64,000 nt of DNA from Eutreptiella sp. 'Long Island Sound 2002' (GCA_964036045.1 OZ038378.1:3100001-3164000), one strand, 5' to 3'. Counted from the stretch's first letter, positions 43,861-58,126 are shown. Numbers and translations are program-made. The notes: generated from the sequence alone by a model not told the origin.

Positions 43861-44784
43861 ATCAACACACCAATGAGGTTGACTTGTTTATGGAGTTGTG
43901 TATACACCGCCGGAGGCTCCTGGGAGCACCTGGCAAAACAACCATCAGTCCGCCAAGCCACATCTTTGGGGTCACAGTCAAGGCCACACAAGGTGTGGAA
44001 GTCCAAGGTTTTGAGCATAGTCCGTGATACTCATGAGTTGAACTACTGCAGTCAGTTGTTCCATCAAGCACTAGAAGCACTACCCTCAGCGCTTGAGTTG
44101 GGGTGAGCACGTGACACAACACGGAGATTTAGCGGCATGGCCTGACCAAGCAGTTGCAGCTTCTGCCTTGCGGGCCCCTTGTCTAGGGGTTTTGAGCCTA
44201 GTCCGTGATACTCATGAGTTGGACTACTGAACATATGGCACTCCTTGTTGCTAGCAAATGGAAACGGTAGCTGTACATGATACTACACTCCACTACCTCT
44301 GTGCAATCACCACCACGGCCAGGGGCTTGTTTGAAATCTGGAGCCTTCATTGGCTCTGTTGGGTCAACCTAATGGGAAAAAGTTATGGCTGTGATGGCAC
44401 TCATTGCAGAAAAACATAATTCAGGCAATGCCTACACAAGTAGGGGCCACCATAAGCATACAATTGCCTGGGTTCTAGGATTCTTTTGGACGGGTAGTGG
44501 AAGTGCACTCACTAGATAGTGTTTTGTGCATTGTCTAGCTTGGTTCCAATGACAATGTCCTCCTGCATTAGACCCAAAAGCAACCAAAAAGTGCTTATCT
44601 TGTGCAACTTGATTCCCAATGATGTTATTCATGGCCCAGGATGGGTAGTTCACATCAACTAAGACTCGCTAGACTTCGTTTTTGTGGGGTTGGCTGCAAA
44701 AAAACCAAGAGTGGCTGCCGCGACACTGGTTTTTTTTTGGTGTATTTTCATCATGGAGCCACTTACATTGATCCTACGCCTACC

Positions 44785-45530
44785 CATGTTCGCTGAAGTA
44801 ATACCATGAAGGGGCAATAAGCGAGCCCACGCAAGGCATTATGGCAGTGCATGAAACAGAAAGCACGAGGCAAGACATAAATGTATGTTGTTCAAAACAA
44901 GCCTAGATAAAGTATGTTTTCATGGAACGTTGAATAACTCTGGTGCAACCTGTAGATAGGTTTTGTCTATTGAGCAATGGGTTTGGCAATGATTGAAGTC
45001 CCCTCCAATGATGTGCAGGGGGTATTTTTGCATGACTTGTTCCAGAAGGACTTCAGTTACTTGACACTTGGCTGGTGGTGCGTATACAGAAACCACTAGG
45101 AATGGAGGTTGTCCTCGGAATGTGATCAAACAACAAGTCAGCCGTCCTTGTTTGTTTTTGTTTTCCAGTGGCGTTGTTATTTTCAATGTCGTGATGAAAA
45201 AATGCGTGGTGTTCGGGTGTTTGCAAATTGACTGGTAGGTTTGGTGGCTGGTTCAGGAGTCCATGTGGTTGAGCATATATTTCAGGGGGATGGAAAATAA
45301 TGCTAGGATGGTCGGTTGCGTGAATGGTGAAATCGTTTGGCTGGTACAGGGAGTTGAGAAACGCAATGGCAGGTTGTATGGGAAGATTAGAGGATTGGGC
45401 CTGACAATCGTAGGGCTGAGCTGGAAGAACATTCACGAAGATGAAATCTGCATGGGCGTGTGATAGTGCCTGTAATTGTGCGGCATGGTTTTCCCTCTTC
45501 TGCAGGTTGTGTGCTTTTAAGGTGATTGAG
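44785..45530 (-). mobile_element. degenerate non-LTR retrotransposon APE endonuclease remnant
   Basis: ITLKAHNL...ADFIFV (motif I-like), FLVVSVYAP, HIIGGDFN and a terminal FSEH (SDH-like), spread over shifted frames. Confidence 0.65.
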
Positions 45531-46869
45531 GTTCGTGAGGGTTGGCTGTGTGTAGGGAATTTCCTTCGCTTGGGCGCACAGTTTTGGGGATGCAAGGGTG
45601 CGTGGGCAAGTGAATCTGCGAGTTTGCTTGGAATCCCAACTTTTGTCAGGCAAGAAGAAATGTTTTTTTCTGTTGACATTATATGATCTTTGCAACTGAG
45701 GTTGTGACTGATGGGTAGATTGGGAGAATCAGGGGATTGCATACATGGAATGTTGTTTCTACAAGGTGTGGTGGGGGAATCACGCGACTAGGCGGGTTTG
45801 ATGGTGGCATAAAAGTGAAAAACGGATTGTTGTGTGGACATCAAAAGCATTTTGCTTTTGTCCTTGAAGGTGTATATGTATATCAGTGCCCCGAACACAA
45901 CACCATATAGTCAGGGTTGTGACAAGATCCAAATTATTAAAGACAGGTGGTGACAGAATTTTTTTTTGGATTGGTTGGAGCCGCAGGTTGAACGGCTGGC
46001 CCCCCAAACGGATTCTGATTCTGATTCTGATGATGAGTCCCATGGTCATGCATCGTCAGTGCCCACTGCTTCTGATTATGACACACAGTCGGAGAATGGG
46101 GATGACGAGCCTGAGGGGAGGTGGTATGGGCGAAGGCTGCCCGCGGGGTTTGGGGACAGGGTCATGTGTTTGATGGAAAGTTGTACCTTACACATGACAT
46201 TTGCAAGCATGACCAGATTCCTGGACAACTGAAGGTGCCTGTCAAGTCCAAGCCAGCCAAGCTAGCCGCCAAACGGCTGGAAACCGAGCTGCACAGCCTG
46301 CGTTGTCTTCCAATCCTCAGCCTATACCTGAATTGCCCACTGAGCATGTCCAGGAGTTCAAGGTTGTTTGCAGTCGTAAAAAGAAGTTTCACACAGTGCC
46401 TGTGGAGGGGGCACGCGCACAGAAGTAACGTCATGTTTCAATGCGATTCACACTACCGGTGTTGTGCATGCATAGCTGCAGTTTTGAAGTGTTACGGTTG
46501 GTGGTGCTATTCCACCCCCCAGGGGGGGAAACGTCACTTCGTGACGCCCCCCCCCCCGTGGGGGGAACCGTCACAATATTGGGGGGGGAAGATCACAAGG
46601 GGGGCGTAAGGTAGGCTCATGTGGAGTATTTCGCAGCCTACCACTCTCCTGGGGATTTATTTGGATTGTTGGTTTGCTCTATCCACTTGACAACGACAGC
46701 ATTATAACCAATTTGGGACCACACACAATCCAACACGACAACACCTGGCCCCAGTTTTCGTCTTAGTCTGCTGCTGGAAATTGCTGGTAATTCCAGCCCC
46801 ACTGCACTGCGTCGTCAGTCAGCACCTGATGATCATTGGGTTGCATTGCAGTTCAGTACTTTGTGCATC

Positions 46870-47394
46870 ATGAGTCAGCGTGCCTTGGCGCTCGACGGCA
46901 AGAGGAAATCCGGACAGCCTGTCCGGACGGAGCTTGTCCAGACTGTGCAAGTGCTGTCGAACATCCTCAAGTCTTCGTTGGGGCCTGTAGGGCTCGACAA
47001 GATGCTGGTGGACGACATCGGGGACATCCTTGTGACCAACGATGGCGCCACGATTCTGAGCCGCCTTGAGGTCGAGCACCCTGCCGCCAAAATGCTTGTG
47101 GATCTGTCCAAGCTGCAGGACGATGAAGTCGGAGACGGTACTACGTCCGTGGTGTTGCTGGCGTCGGAGCTGCTGAAGCGCGCGAACACCATCACGCAGC
47201 ACAAGATCCACCCAACCAACGTCATCGCCGGCTACAAGTTGGCGTGCCGTGAGAGCATCAAGTACATCAAAGACAATTTGGCAATCAAAACGAGTTCGCT
47301 TGGGGCCGATGCCCTGATGAACATTGCAAGGACATCAATGTCGTCCAAGATCCTCTCCAGCGATATTGAGCACTTCTCAAAGATTTGTACAGAG
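46870..47394 (+). CDS. TCP1: TCP1 exon 1
   Basis: ATG 46870; GAG|gtgtgc. Confidence 0.95.
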
Positions 47395-50300
47395 GTGTGC
47401 CCCCCCCCCCCTTGCCGGCCGGGTGCCCGACGTGGCACCCCCTCCCCACAGCCCTCCCCTAATGGATACGGTCTCAGTCCAGGTTGCTTGGCCAAGGAGT
47501 GCCAGCACACGCAAGGTGACACGGATGAAAGACGGTGGAGTTAGGGTGCCTATCTCTGTCTTGTAGCATAAAAACACTCCAGTGTTGACAAAACAAGGCC
47601 AACAGGCGCAGTGATTTGTATGGTAGCACATTTGTATCATATCAATGATCTCTTGGAACTGCCGAACATTGCTGCATATGCATACCAGGACGTGCATGTG
47701 TAGAGCGCTTTGAGACCTGCTTGCGCCCCCCCCTTGGCAGCCCTCACGGAGGCGTCACTCAGGTGGTGTGCCTTCTGCAGCCCTTCCCGTTTACACGGGC
47801 AGTAACACTACACCCAGGCGTTTCTCTTGGGTAGGTCCCGGGGCAGGGTAGCGCTCTGCACGCCCCAGGTCCCCTCCAACTGCCCGAGAATCTTCGCCGC
47901 GAGCATGAGGGTTCAGCCAAGTGGCATCACCACCTGTGCCAACAGGCAACCAAGGGGGCCCCACCCAGTCGAGCGGGATACCTGTACTAGGGTGGGAGGG
48001 TTTTCGTTTGCAGGAGGGGGGTCGATAGAGCCCTCTGGGGAGAACCCCCCCCCCCCAAAAGAAAAGGGTTCAACTGATGGGGTCCTCAAAATCCTACCGA
48101 GACTGACCCCTGGGCCCTGGAGGTGACCCGGACCCCAAATTCGGCAAAAAATGAAAACGGTGTTTTTGGAAACAGCGCGTCGAGGGGGTTCAGAGAAGTC
48201 ATCATTTGCCGTGGCCAGGCCACTCCTGAGATGACATGTCGTATGCCACACAGTGCATCCCTGTAGAGACATGATGCAAGCACCGGTATTGCGTTTGGTG
48301 AGAAACGAGGGATGTGTTCTAATGGTACCGCATGCATGTATGGCATAGTGCATGCGGGGAATGGACTTCTTCAGGTGACAGCTGGGGTACAGCAGGGTCA
48401 GAGCTGCCTAGCGGGCATTCCCAAGATGACATGATGTATGATGCATTCGGTTTCAGTCGTTTGTGGTGTGGATAGTGGTCATACAGGGGCAGATTTGTGC
48501 GTAGTTAACTGATCGGCCTATAAGCGCAGTGCAACGGCTCCTTATGCCTATGCCCCAATGTTCTAACAATTTATTTTGAACATTTCGTACTGACGGCAGT
48601 CCCAAAAGTCACTCACATCACTCATGCTGCCCTCGCCTTCGCTTTCACTTTGCATTTGGGACCCAGGACTTCACATCTGGGTGTGTCCGGGTGCAATTGG
48701 CCCTGAGTGGCCATTGCTTGAGACATAGCCACGTGGAGTGGGGTCCTACAGATTTGCCCACCAGACCGGCTAGTTCCTACAGAAGTGACAATGGGGATCC
48801 ACTGTTCCATGTGCGCATGCACAGCCACAAGCTTCAAGGTTTGGGCAAGTGTGCTCTGTTTTTCAAGCCCTTATGAACACCAGTGGAAAGTGCTAGAGCC
48901 AATGGAGGTTGCAAATGTAGCTTTGTATGGGTTTCACTTATGCGAACATTTTATGCAGCTGCGTTACACCTCCCTGCTTGGCAGACCCTAGTGCGGCACG
49001 GGTTATGCAGCCATGGTATTATTGAGGTAGATTCAGAAAACTATTAGCAGGCCAGGATGGGGACGATGGTGCTGTTTGTGTTTTGCAAAACGCTGGACAT
49101 ACTCACGACGCCTCTTGTGATACTGCCTGGTGCCGTGACAACATCCTGGAACATCACATTTGCTCAGACTGTTACAACCAAAAATTTTGGCCAATGGCTG
49201 TCAAGGAAAATATTGCAATTTTAATGCTAGAACCGTACGTCCTTGTGATTTGCTATTTCTGCCTGCCAGTGGGCTCTTTGGGACTCTTTGCATGGGCAAA
49301 GTGGGTTTGTCCCAGTGGCATAGTCTAAAGGGTGCACGGATCAGCGCGTAGTGCTCATTGAGTGGCACCCGATGCAGAGGTCATCCTCACGATTGGACTT
49401 TCCCTGGGGGGGCAATTGTTGACCAAAGATTCGTTGGCAGATATCATTGAAGTACAACAAAAAATGGTGGGCGATGGGGAATCTCAAACATGCGAATAAC
49501 CTGGAATGATAATTGATCAAGATTTCCAGTGCTTTTGTTTCTTGTTTCTATGGCATGGTTTGACAAACAATGGGTAAGGATTGCCTGTTTGTGCCTCGCT
49601 TGAAACCAAGATTTTTTTGCACATGCAATGTGGTTTAGGGGTTTAATTTTGATACAAAGAGTGTTGAATAAGGCAAATATCGGCAAATAAGGGCGAGCCA
49701 AAATTTGGATCCCTTAACAATCCCCAGGGTACAGCCTGCACATGACTCCTTCTTTTTTGCAGTGTTTTGCCACGATCGGTGGAACATTCCAAACTTCCCA
49801 AACGTGTTTGTGCACCCTGAGAAGCCAGTCTTACAGCCAACAAAGTTTCAATAAAGCTTTTGGCTGCTCACATCCATCCCGTGTTTACAGGCGGTGCTCA
49901 GTGTGAAGACCGTCAATGACATTGGTGACTATGTGTACCCCGTCAAGGCCATAAGCATTCTGAAGCAGCATGGAAAGAGTGCACATGAGTCCCAGCTCGT
50001 GGACGGGTTCGCCCTGAACTGCACACGTGCAAGCCAGGCCATGCCCAGCTCCGTGGCCAACGCAAAGATCGCGCTGCTGGACTTCGACCTCCGTGTCACC
50101 AAGCTCAAACTCGGGATTCAGATCATTGTGTCAGATCCGAAAGAATTGGAAGCCATCCGCAGGTCAGGGGCCATAAATTATGTCGTGTATTGCGGGGCAG
50201 TCGGCAGTAGTCTTCAGACAGACTTGAGGCTTAGTCCCCGTGCAATGCCTTCCCCAGTGTGTGTGTTTGTGTGTGTCCTGTCTCTGTACCTTTCAGAAAG

Positions 50301-53300
50301 GCGCCTAGCCTCCATGACAATTTTGTGATTGTGGCCTGACGAGTCGTTTTGATCAGTGCCTGCCTGTCTGCGATCAACAGTGGGTTGGGTTCTCTTGATC
50401 ACTGTCACGAAGTGTGTGTGTGTGTGTGTGCGCGCGCGTTTGTGTGTCGTGGGCTGTGGCCCGGTTCGTTGTCGTTTGGTCTCAATGCAGATGTTTTTCT
50501 CAGAGTGGCTTGTGCGATACAGGCCCCCTGAATCTGATACTTGACACTTGCTTGGTGTTGCTTGTTTGGCAACCTGAGGTGCGTTCGTTGCCCTGTGTTG
50601 TCCACTGCGGTTTCCGTGCTCACGTGCCTTCACTTGTCTCAGACCTGCTCTTCCTGCCCCCCTCCTCCCGGGGAAGGATGTACGCGCATGCAAGTTTTTG
50701 TCCGCCCCGGGGGGTTCAGGTGCTCGGGCCGCCGATGGGTAGAGCATGAGGCTCCATCCGGAACCACCTGACGCACGGTCAACAAGGTCACCTCATGCGA
50801 TGCACAGGCCCTCGTCAGGAGATGTGAGCTGACGTCGGACACCAGCAGCACACGCTACTGCATGCCCATGAGTGCGGTCAGCACAGAAACAAACGGAGAC
50901 TCAATGAGCGGTGAGCAGTGGAAACGCTGCACCGCAAAAGCATCGGCCATCTACAGCCCCGGGGGGGGGGGGGGGGGGATGCCTCCACAGAACACACCCA
51001 AGTGCGTGAGACGGAGGTACCAACCGGCAAACCTACTGCACGTTTGAGGGTAGCCCCCCCCCCCCCCAAGCCCCTTCCTCTCTCTCTTCCACGTCCCGTT
51101 GGTCTCCGTGGTATCCAGCTGCTCCCTTATCTGACACGCGCCTTCTTGCTCCGCATGTGCTTTTCTTGCGGCGCTCCCGCTCCTGTTGCTGCCCCCTTTC
51201 CCGGCGCCGTCTTGCTGCATTCCTGCCCTCTGCCCTTGCCATTGTCTACCACCATCCCTCCACGGCACCTATTAGAAATGCAGTGCAACGCCATGTACGG
51301 GTGTTGCAGCCTCTTACTTCAACCGTATTTGCGGCGTTGAGCCTGGCTGGCCCCCCAGTTGTGTAAACCGTGGATGCGAACTAACGTTCGACCTGGAGTG
51401 TTTGGAGACCGCGGCTTTCCCGCCGGCGCCGGCCGACTGGCGACTCTGGACCTGGGACCATGGATGCGGGAGTCAGGACCCCTCACCTTTCAACCGACCG
51501 GAGGCTCTGCAGTAGACGACTGTGTGCCCCATGCCTCCGCCCCTGTCCACAGGCGGGAGGTGGATGTGACGAAGGAGCGGATCCAGAAGATCATCGCAGC
51601 CGGGGCCAATGTGATCTTGACGACGAAGGGCATCGATGACGTGTGCATGAAGTACATGGTGGAGGCGGGGGTCATCGGCGTGCGGCGATGCAAGAAGGTG
51701 GGCACGCGGGGCTGCAGGAGGGATTCGGGGTGGGGGGGGTGGGGGGGGGGTGACGAGACACGCGGCCCCGACTGTCTCAATGTGTGAGTCCTCCCTTTAC
51801 TTCGGGTGCATGTGGCAGCCGACTGAAAGCTTGGGATAGGGTGGGGGGTGCAGGGGCGGGCGTGGCTGGAATGGCACAGGCGCGATCGGCTGCTGCCGGG
51901 CCCGCAGGTGCGGCGGTTTGGAGGAGTGTGGGTATGTCGGGCACAGAGCAGTGCGGTCAGTAACAGCGGCGTCGGTGACCCGCAGCGCGGCGATTGGATA
52001 CGAGGGCCAGGGCAGTCTTTTATGGCTCATCCACTACCAAGTCCCATCGACAAGAAACAGACCACTGTGGCGTGTCGCGCACTGCGGGTTTTGCTTGTGG
52101 GGCTGCGGATGCCCTGGTATTTGGTTTGTTTTGGGGTTGTCGGTGTCCGTCGATGTTTACACAGAATTTTTGGTCAATTGTTTCGCCGGATTCGCGCGCC
52201 TCGTTTCATAAGGCGCGCGCACGCGGAGGGGGGGGTCGGTCGGCGCGGAGGGATTTGGCACACAGGCATGGCGGTCTGTAGTCTGTGGACACTGCCCGCC
52301 CCAAGTAGATGCGGTCCGCTAATGGTAGGCACTGTCGGCGTGCTGTAGATGTGAAGTGACAATGTTTGGGAAGGGGGGGGTCCACTAACATTGTGTACCC
52401 CTGCACATGGCCATGTCTCTGGAGCGAGGAAGGCGCACAGGGGCGGGAGGGGGGTGTTGGCGCTACCAAGGCGCATGGGGGGAGGGGGGCACCTGGGCCG
52501 CACAGAAACACAGCGAGGCAGGCTATGGACGGCCTGTGGACAGAGGTGTGTGGACAGCAAAAACAGTCAAACGACCCCGGCAACAACCAGCACAGCCTCA
52601 ATGCGCCAACTATTGGGCGCCGCTGACACGCAAACGGCACACCCCGCCACATTCAGCACAGCCCCAACACACCCACTACTGGGCTCCGCGAACGCGGAAA
52701 CGACACCAGCAAGAGCACCGGCCGCAGCGGCCTACAGAACGCAGCGACCCGACGCAACATGCGAAGGGAAGAACGGGTGACCGTCCAGGGCCCCGTAACG
52801 GAGCAACAACCAGACGGAATGTCACACAGGGGGGGGGGGGGGGCTTACGAGGCGCACGCCCGGCCTGACTTGCGCGTCGTGTAACGAGGCGGGCAAATCC
52901 AGCAAAACACTCGTCTTTGTTGTTTTTGGTGGGTTGGCCTGTGGACGCCCTCCGCCCACCCCTGCGCACTGGTCGCGTGCTGAAGTCCCTCAGTGGGTGG
53001 GGCAGGTGAGCCTTTGTGCCACGCACTGATTTGCATGTTTTCGTGCTGCCCACGTTCCTGTGCAGTTGTGTTCGCTGGGTCCATCTGCCGTGCCCCATCC
53101 CCCTCTGTATTGCCTGAGGGCAAGGGTGCCAGGGTTTTGGGGGGGGGGGGGGGGGGCGGGCAAACATGGACTTCGGATCCACTGGTCTGGACATCGCATC
53201 GGGGGGCGGTCATTCTGAGTCACGTATGTTGGGGTACCCCCCCCCCCCCCCCAGCGTCCCCCGTTGGCCCGTCGGGGGTCCCCGTCACATGAGGCCTGCA

Positions 53301-56300
53301 GGGGGGGGGTCTGGAAAAGGGGCTCCAACGACCCCTCCCCCCCCCTCCCGCGCAAGCCAATTTTTCCCCCACCCCTGGTACTCGTGGCTGGGGTGGGCAT
53401 TGGTACCGGGCCAGGCAGTGGTGTCGGCGGTCTCCAGGAAATCAGGTGCGAGTTGGGGTGCCGGGGAGGGGGTGGCAAGGCGAACAACCTCAGGCGCAGT
53501 GCCCCCTTGTTCAGTGGTTGAGTACAACGGGTGGTGCCTTTCGGTCTTTGGTTCCACTTCGGCCTGCTTATGCGCTTGAGCCCCGGCCACCGAGACCTGG
53601 ATCAGCGAGGATCCGTGTTGGCAAGACCTGCACCTGCGGCCAGATGATCTCCGGGCTGAGCTTGAGTATCCCAATCCTATGCTCCCCCGGACAGCCTTGC
53701 CCCTGCCCACACCCTGGACGCCACACCCTCCCAGGACGATTTGAAGCGCATTGCCAAAGCAACAGGCGGGACGATTCTGGTGTCGCTGGCGTCGATCGAG
53801 CAGGACGGCGAGGAGATGTACGACGCGGCCAACCTCGGCACGGCCGACAGCGTTCAGGAGGAGCGGTTTGCGGACGATGAATGCATCCTCATCAAGGGCG
53901 GGGCGAAGCACACTCAGTCGTCGATCGTTCTGCGCGGCGCCAACAGTTTCATGCTGGACGAGATGGAGCGCTCCATGAATGACGCTTTGCAGGTGCAGCC
54001 ATGCACTCCCCCAAACCACTTGTGTACGGCAGCAGGGTGCCGCAGCCCACTTTTCTTTCCACAACCGTATCGCATGATTCCAGACCACAACATTCTTCCC
54101 AACATCCCACCGCAACAGCATGCCGTATCGCGCAATGCCATGCTACAGCAGGAGGCCGAATTGCACTGCCACACCAACAAAAGTTTCTACAGCACATTTC
54201 TATGGCTCAGCAACGACTCCACAACAAAGGATGAGACTGCAACGGATGCCACAATCAAGGGGTTCTACATCCGGTGACATACGTGCACTCGATTACCGTG
54301 GCTTACATCATGTTTACAGTTTTCTGAAACAGTTTGTGTCCGGGTTGCACTCACGTCCATAACGGAGGTCAACAGTGGCCCCTTGCTGCTACAAACAGCA
54401 CATTTTCCCTCAGAGGTGTTAACAGAATGAGACTACACTTACACACGTCTGTTTCTCATCCATGTGTAACACATCGTGATCCGGAACCCCTGGCCCTGTG
54501 TTACATTTCCTGGAAGTACCACCCGGCACACTTAGTAACCCCCCAGCCCCGTTCCGGGGACCTGGGTACCCCGAATCAGCCCGAATCCTTCGGCTGAATT
54601 GGTAAACTTCTGGCTGCAGCAGTGAAGACGACCATTTCATGAAGATTCCTGTACTGTCATGAGAGCTATTTCTGTGCAACTGTGTTCACCTTTCTTAAAC
54701 AGACAATCCCAGGTGGTTCTGTTCGTGGCAGCAAGGGGTCACAATTGACTTCAACCAATGACCTTTACTCAACTCAGCAGGCCCAGTAGGAGGAACAACA
54801 CCCAGATGTTGCATCACGGTCTCTGTGGTGTTCATTGTGCGGGTAGTACCTTCAACCATCGCCATACTCTGCGATGACAGCCGCAATCTCATCAGTCCAA
54901 AGGAACAACGATAGCACTGCCAAGGCTCTTGCAATTGTGGGGAACATTGCTCTTAATACCCTGACGTTTCCAGTCACCACAACTGTCGCTGAGGGCACTG
55001 CTTGTACCATGAAGAGTTTGGTGACCCCTGATTGTGGTTCCATGTCTCATGACACAGATTGGATATTTACCTGCAATGGTCAATGGTTGGTTAACTGGTT
55101 CACAAAAACGTATTCGATCTGAACCTGGTGTACTTTATTCTCTTGGCAAGTACAACTAAGCTACCCCTCAACTCTGACAGATGTTGCTGAACTGCAAAAT
55201 AGATACCAGGGAACGAATTTCTTTTGAAAGTTCCACCAAATACTGCAAAAGACTGCAAATGGCTCGAAGTGCACAACAATCAGAAAAAAAAACATTTTGA
55301 GGGGCTGCGACTGGCTACAGGCCAGTTTAGGCCCTTTTCCTCCAACCCAAATCATTGTGCCTGAACCAGTGGACCTCCACCCTCCTGCCAAGGAAGGGTT
55401 GCACTTACTCAGGCTTTATGGGACCCCCCTCCTCAAATTTGGCACAGGTGTGGGGGTTTGCTGAAAACTTGGTGCCAAACGTGCCGGACTTTTCTTCCGC
55501 CTCTGGAAGGTGCTTTTTACCCATTTGTGTAAACCTGGAGCATTCAATTACACATGAAAGCCAGAAAAACAATTTGCACCTCCCATTCCCCACCCTCTCC
55601 CAGCACATTTGGACCTGCTGCTACTGCCAGGTGGACACCATCAGACATGAATATTTGGTTAGAGAGTGCCCCTGATACGGCAGGAGGTTATGTAGCCATG
55701 GACCCCCGCAAGTGCTGGATGTGTGCCAATTGGGGTGCCTGCCACTGCCCCCCTGTCCAAGATAGTGGCAATTTTTTTAGTTCGTGGGGCTGGATAGAGT
55801 GGCCGGAAATTGACCGAGGGGCATTATGCCAGTCCACAAAACAACCCGTACACTTTTTTTTTAACCCCAACATATACACACAAAGCCATGAGCGAAGTGT
55901 CTACACTCACCTACTTGCGGTGACAGCCATTGTAGTTCGCACAGTATTGTGAATGTCCTATTGGTTTCCAGCGCTCAGAGACATGTGACTAGGGTGAGCG
56001 TTCTGACACATGATGCAAGAGGTCACAAACCACAACATTATGATCCCTGGGTTGGGTGGTTATGAATGATATATATGGTATTTTTGATTGATGAAGATAT
56101 GACAAACCAAGTGTGAGCCGTGCACACATGCCCAACCAACGGGTGTGTGTAGGGGGGGAAACGACACCAGCAAGAGCACCGGCCGCAGCAGCCGACAGAA
56201 AGAAGCAACCCGACGCAACATGCGAAGGGAAGAACGGGTGACTGTTCAGGGCCTCGTAAAGAAACAACAACCAGACGGAATGTCACACAGGGGGGGGGGG

Positions 56301-57910
56301 GGGGGCTAACCGTATTTAGGCCTGTTGTACGTCCTACCTTCAGCCGCAACAAACATCCAAGAGGGTATGGTCTTTCGTGTCCCGTTTGTTGTAATTTGTT
56401 GTCCTGAACTCTTCAATGCCATGAAACATATGCTACAAAATTGGGTGGTGCTATGCCAAGGACCTCCATGCGAACAAGGTACGGGCACATCACAATAGCC
56501 GTAAGCAGCCATAGAAGGGTGCGCTGTTCACGCATCTGATCCAAGGGTCCCACATTTCTACTACATTTGGTTTTGATGACGATTTGCAAGCCTCCAAGAA
56601 TTAGCACTTAGCATCCATAAGCCTCCAAGAATTAACAGTATGCATTCAGAAGCTTGCAGGAATGAACAGTAGGCAGCCACAAGCATCTAGGAATCATCAG
56701 TTAAGCATTCAAAAGGATCCAACGATGAACAATAAGCATCCAAAAGCATCTGGTAATAGATAGTAAGCACCCATAAGCATCAGGAATTACCAGCAAATAT
56801 CTGGACGCCACCAAGATTTTATTGTCAGTGTCCAACAGCCTCCAAGAATTCATAGAAAGTATGCAGAACCCGGACAAGAATTTATGGCAAGCATCTAGTG
56901 GCTACCAAGAACTCCGAGCAGGCATGCTTTGTGAAGCCAATAATGGAATGCCTGTACATGGCATCGTGCTGCCGGACAAATGGTCGTACCATGAGGCCCT
57001 AAACAATGCCATTAGAACAGGAAGACATCTCCATGAGCTGTGAAAACGAACGAATGTCAATTTGGACCAAAGAAGTTCCATAGACCCCCGCCAATCCTTG
57101 TGCCTATCGACCCTCCCTCCCACTTGTGCCGTGTTCTTTTGGGTGGAACAAACCACTTTTTTGGCACACGTCTGAAAATTTGTTCTGCCTCTCCCTCCCC
57201 CCAAAAAGCAGCAAATTGGAACTCTGTTGTCAGGATCTGTACTTTTGAAAACCTCCAATACTTTTGTTGACCCCAGAGTGCTTTTTGGGTGTATCCCGTC
57301 AAATGAGACTGAGTCACTAGGATTCTGACCACAGCCAGATGCCGCAGCACTGTGCCACCACGTTGGCACCTCAGCATCGCACAGCATGACATCACAATCC
57401 GCCAGGGCAACTGTGTTCCTATCTCTTCAATGGAGTGTTCTTACCACCCTATACCCCAAACAGGCTGTCAAGCGCACGTTGGAGTCAACAACTGTTGTGG
57501 CGGGGGGAGGAGCAGTGGAGACAGCGTTGGGGATTTACCTCGAGAACTTCGCCCATACCCTCGGTTCACGAGAGCAGCAAGCGATCGCCGAGTTCGCGGA
57601 GGCGCTGTTGGTCATCCCCAAGCAGCTTGCCATCAACGCGGCATTGGATTCGGTGGACCTGGTGGCGAAGCTGCGCGTTGCACATCATCAGGCACAGTCC
57701 GACCCCAAGCTCCAGGAGAAGAATATGCAGTGGACGGGGCTGGATTTGGTGAACGGGCTGGTCCGCAACAGCGTCGAGGCAGGTTGTCTGGAGCCCGCCA
57801 TGAGCAAAATGAAAAGCATTCAATTTGCTACGGAGGCGGCCATCAGCATCTTGCGGATTGACGACGTGATCACCTTGAATGCGAAAGAGGAGCCTGAGCA
57901 ACACCATTGA
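46870..57910 (+). CDS. TCP1: T-complex protein 1 subunit alpha. Model: join(46870-47394,49891-50162,51553-51697,53735-53992,57464-57910), 1647 nt, 548 aa
   Basis: SSLGPVGLDKMLVDDIGD..VTNDGATIL, EVGDGTTSVV, GFALNCTRASQAMP, ILTTKGIDD, LRGANSFMLDEMERS, VAGGGAVE, EPAMSKMKSIQFATEAAISILRID; all introns GT-AG and phase-compatible. Confidence 0.96.
49891..50162 (+). CDS. TCP1: TCP1 exon 2
   Basis: tttacag| ... AG|gtcagg. Confidence 0.95.
51553..51697 (+). CDS. TCP1: TCP1 exon 3
   Basis: ccacag| ... AAG|gtgggc. Confidence 0.95.
52698..52846. repeat. dispersed ~150 bp repeat; second copy at ~56158-56308
   Basis: aaacgacaccagcaagagcaccggccgcagc...ccagacggaatgtcacacag + G-run in both TCP1 introns 3 and 4. 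Confidence 0.88.
53735..53992 (+). CDS. TCP1: TCP1 exon 4
   Basis: tcccag| ... CAG|gtgcag. Confidence 0.95.
56587..56900. repeat. highly degenerate ~30-bp minisatellite (aagcatcc/aagcctccaagaatt core)
   Basis: Recurrent aagc(a/c)tcc..gaat motifs. Confidence 0.7.
57464..57910 (+). CDS. TCP1: TCP1 exon 5 (terminal)
   Basis: aaacag| ... TGA 57908-57910. Confidence 0.95.
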   Translation, partial: AVKRTLESTTVVAGGGAVETALGIYLENFAHTLGSREQQAIAEFAEALLVIPKQLAINAALDSVDLVAKLRVAHHQAQSDPKLQEKNMQWTGLDLVNGLVRNSVEAGCLEPAMSKMKSIQFATEAAISILRIDDVITLNAKEEPEQHH

Positions 57911-58039
57911 TGATGGACCTCGCCGGGCACTACTGCAGACGGCAACAGGGGGGCACAGCGTTCCAACGGTACAATGGGGCACGGGTTCCAGGGGGGCATT
58001 CCGCTCAACGCGGCGCGCAGGGAGGGCGTGTGCGGATGC

Positions 58040-58126
58040 AACAGAGCAGAGCACAGCAGAGCAGAGCAGAGCAGCACAGCACAGCAGAGCAGAGCAGAGC
58101 AGAGCAGAGCACAGCAGAGCAGAGCA
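58040..58126. repeat. (CAGAG/CACAG)n microsatellite downstream of TCP1
   Basis: Visible array. Confidence 0.93.

Noticed and set aside
4888-57910. Euglenid non-conventional introns
   Set aside because: All 21 modelled introns fit GT-AG with compatible phases; none needs to be non-canonical.
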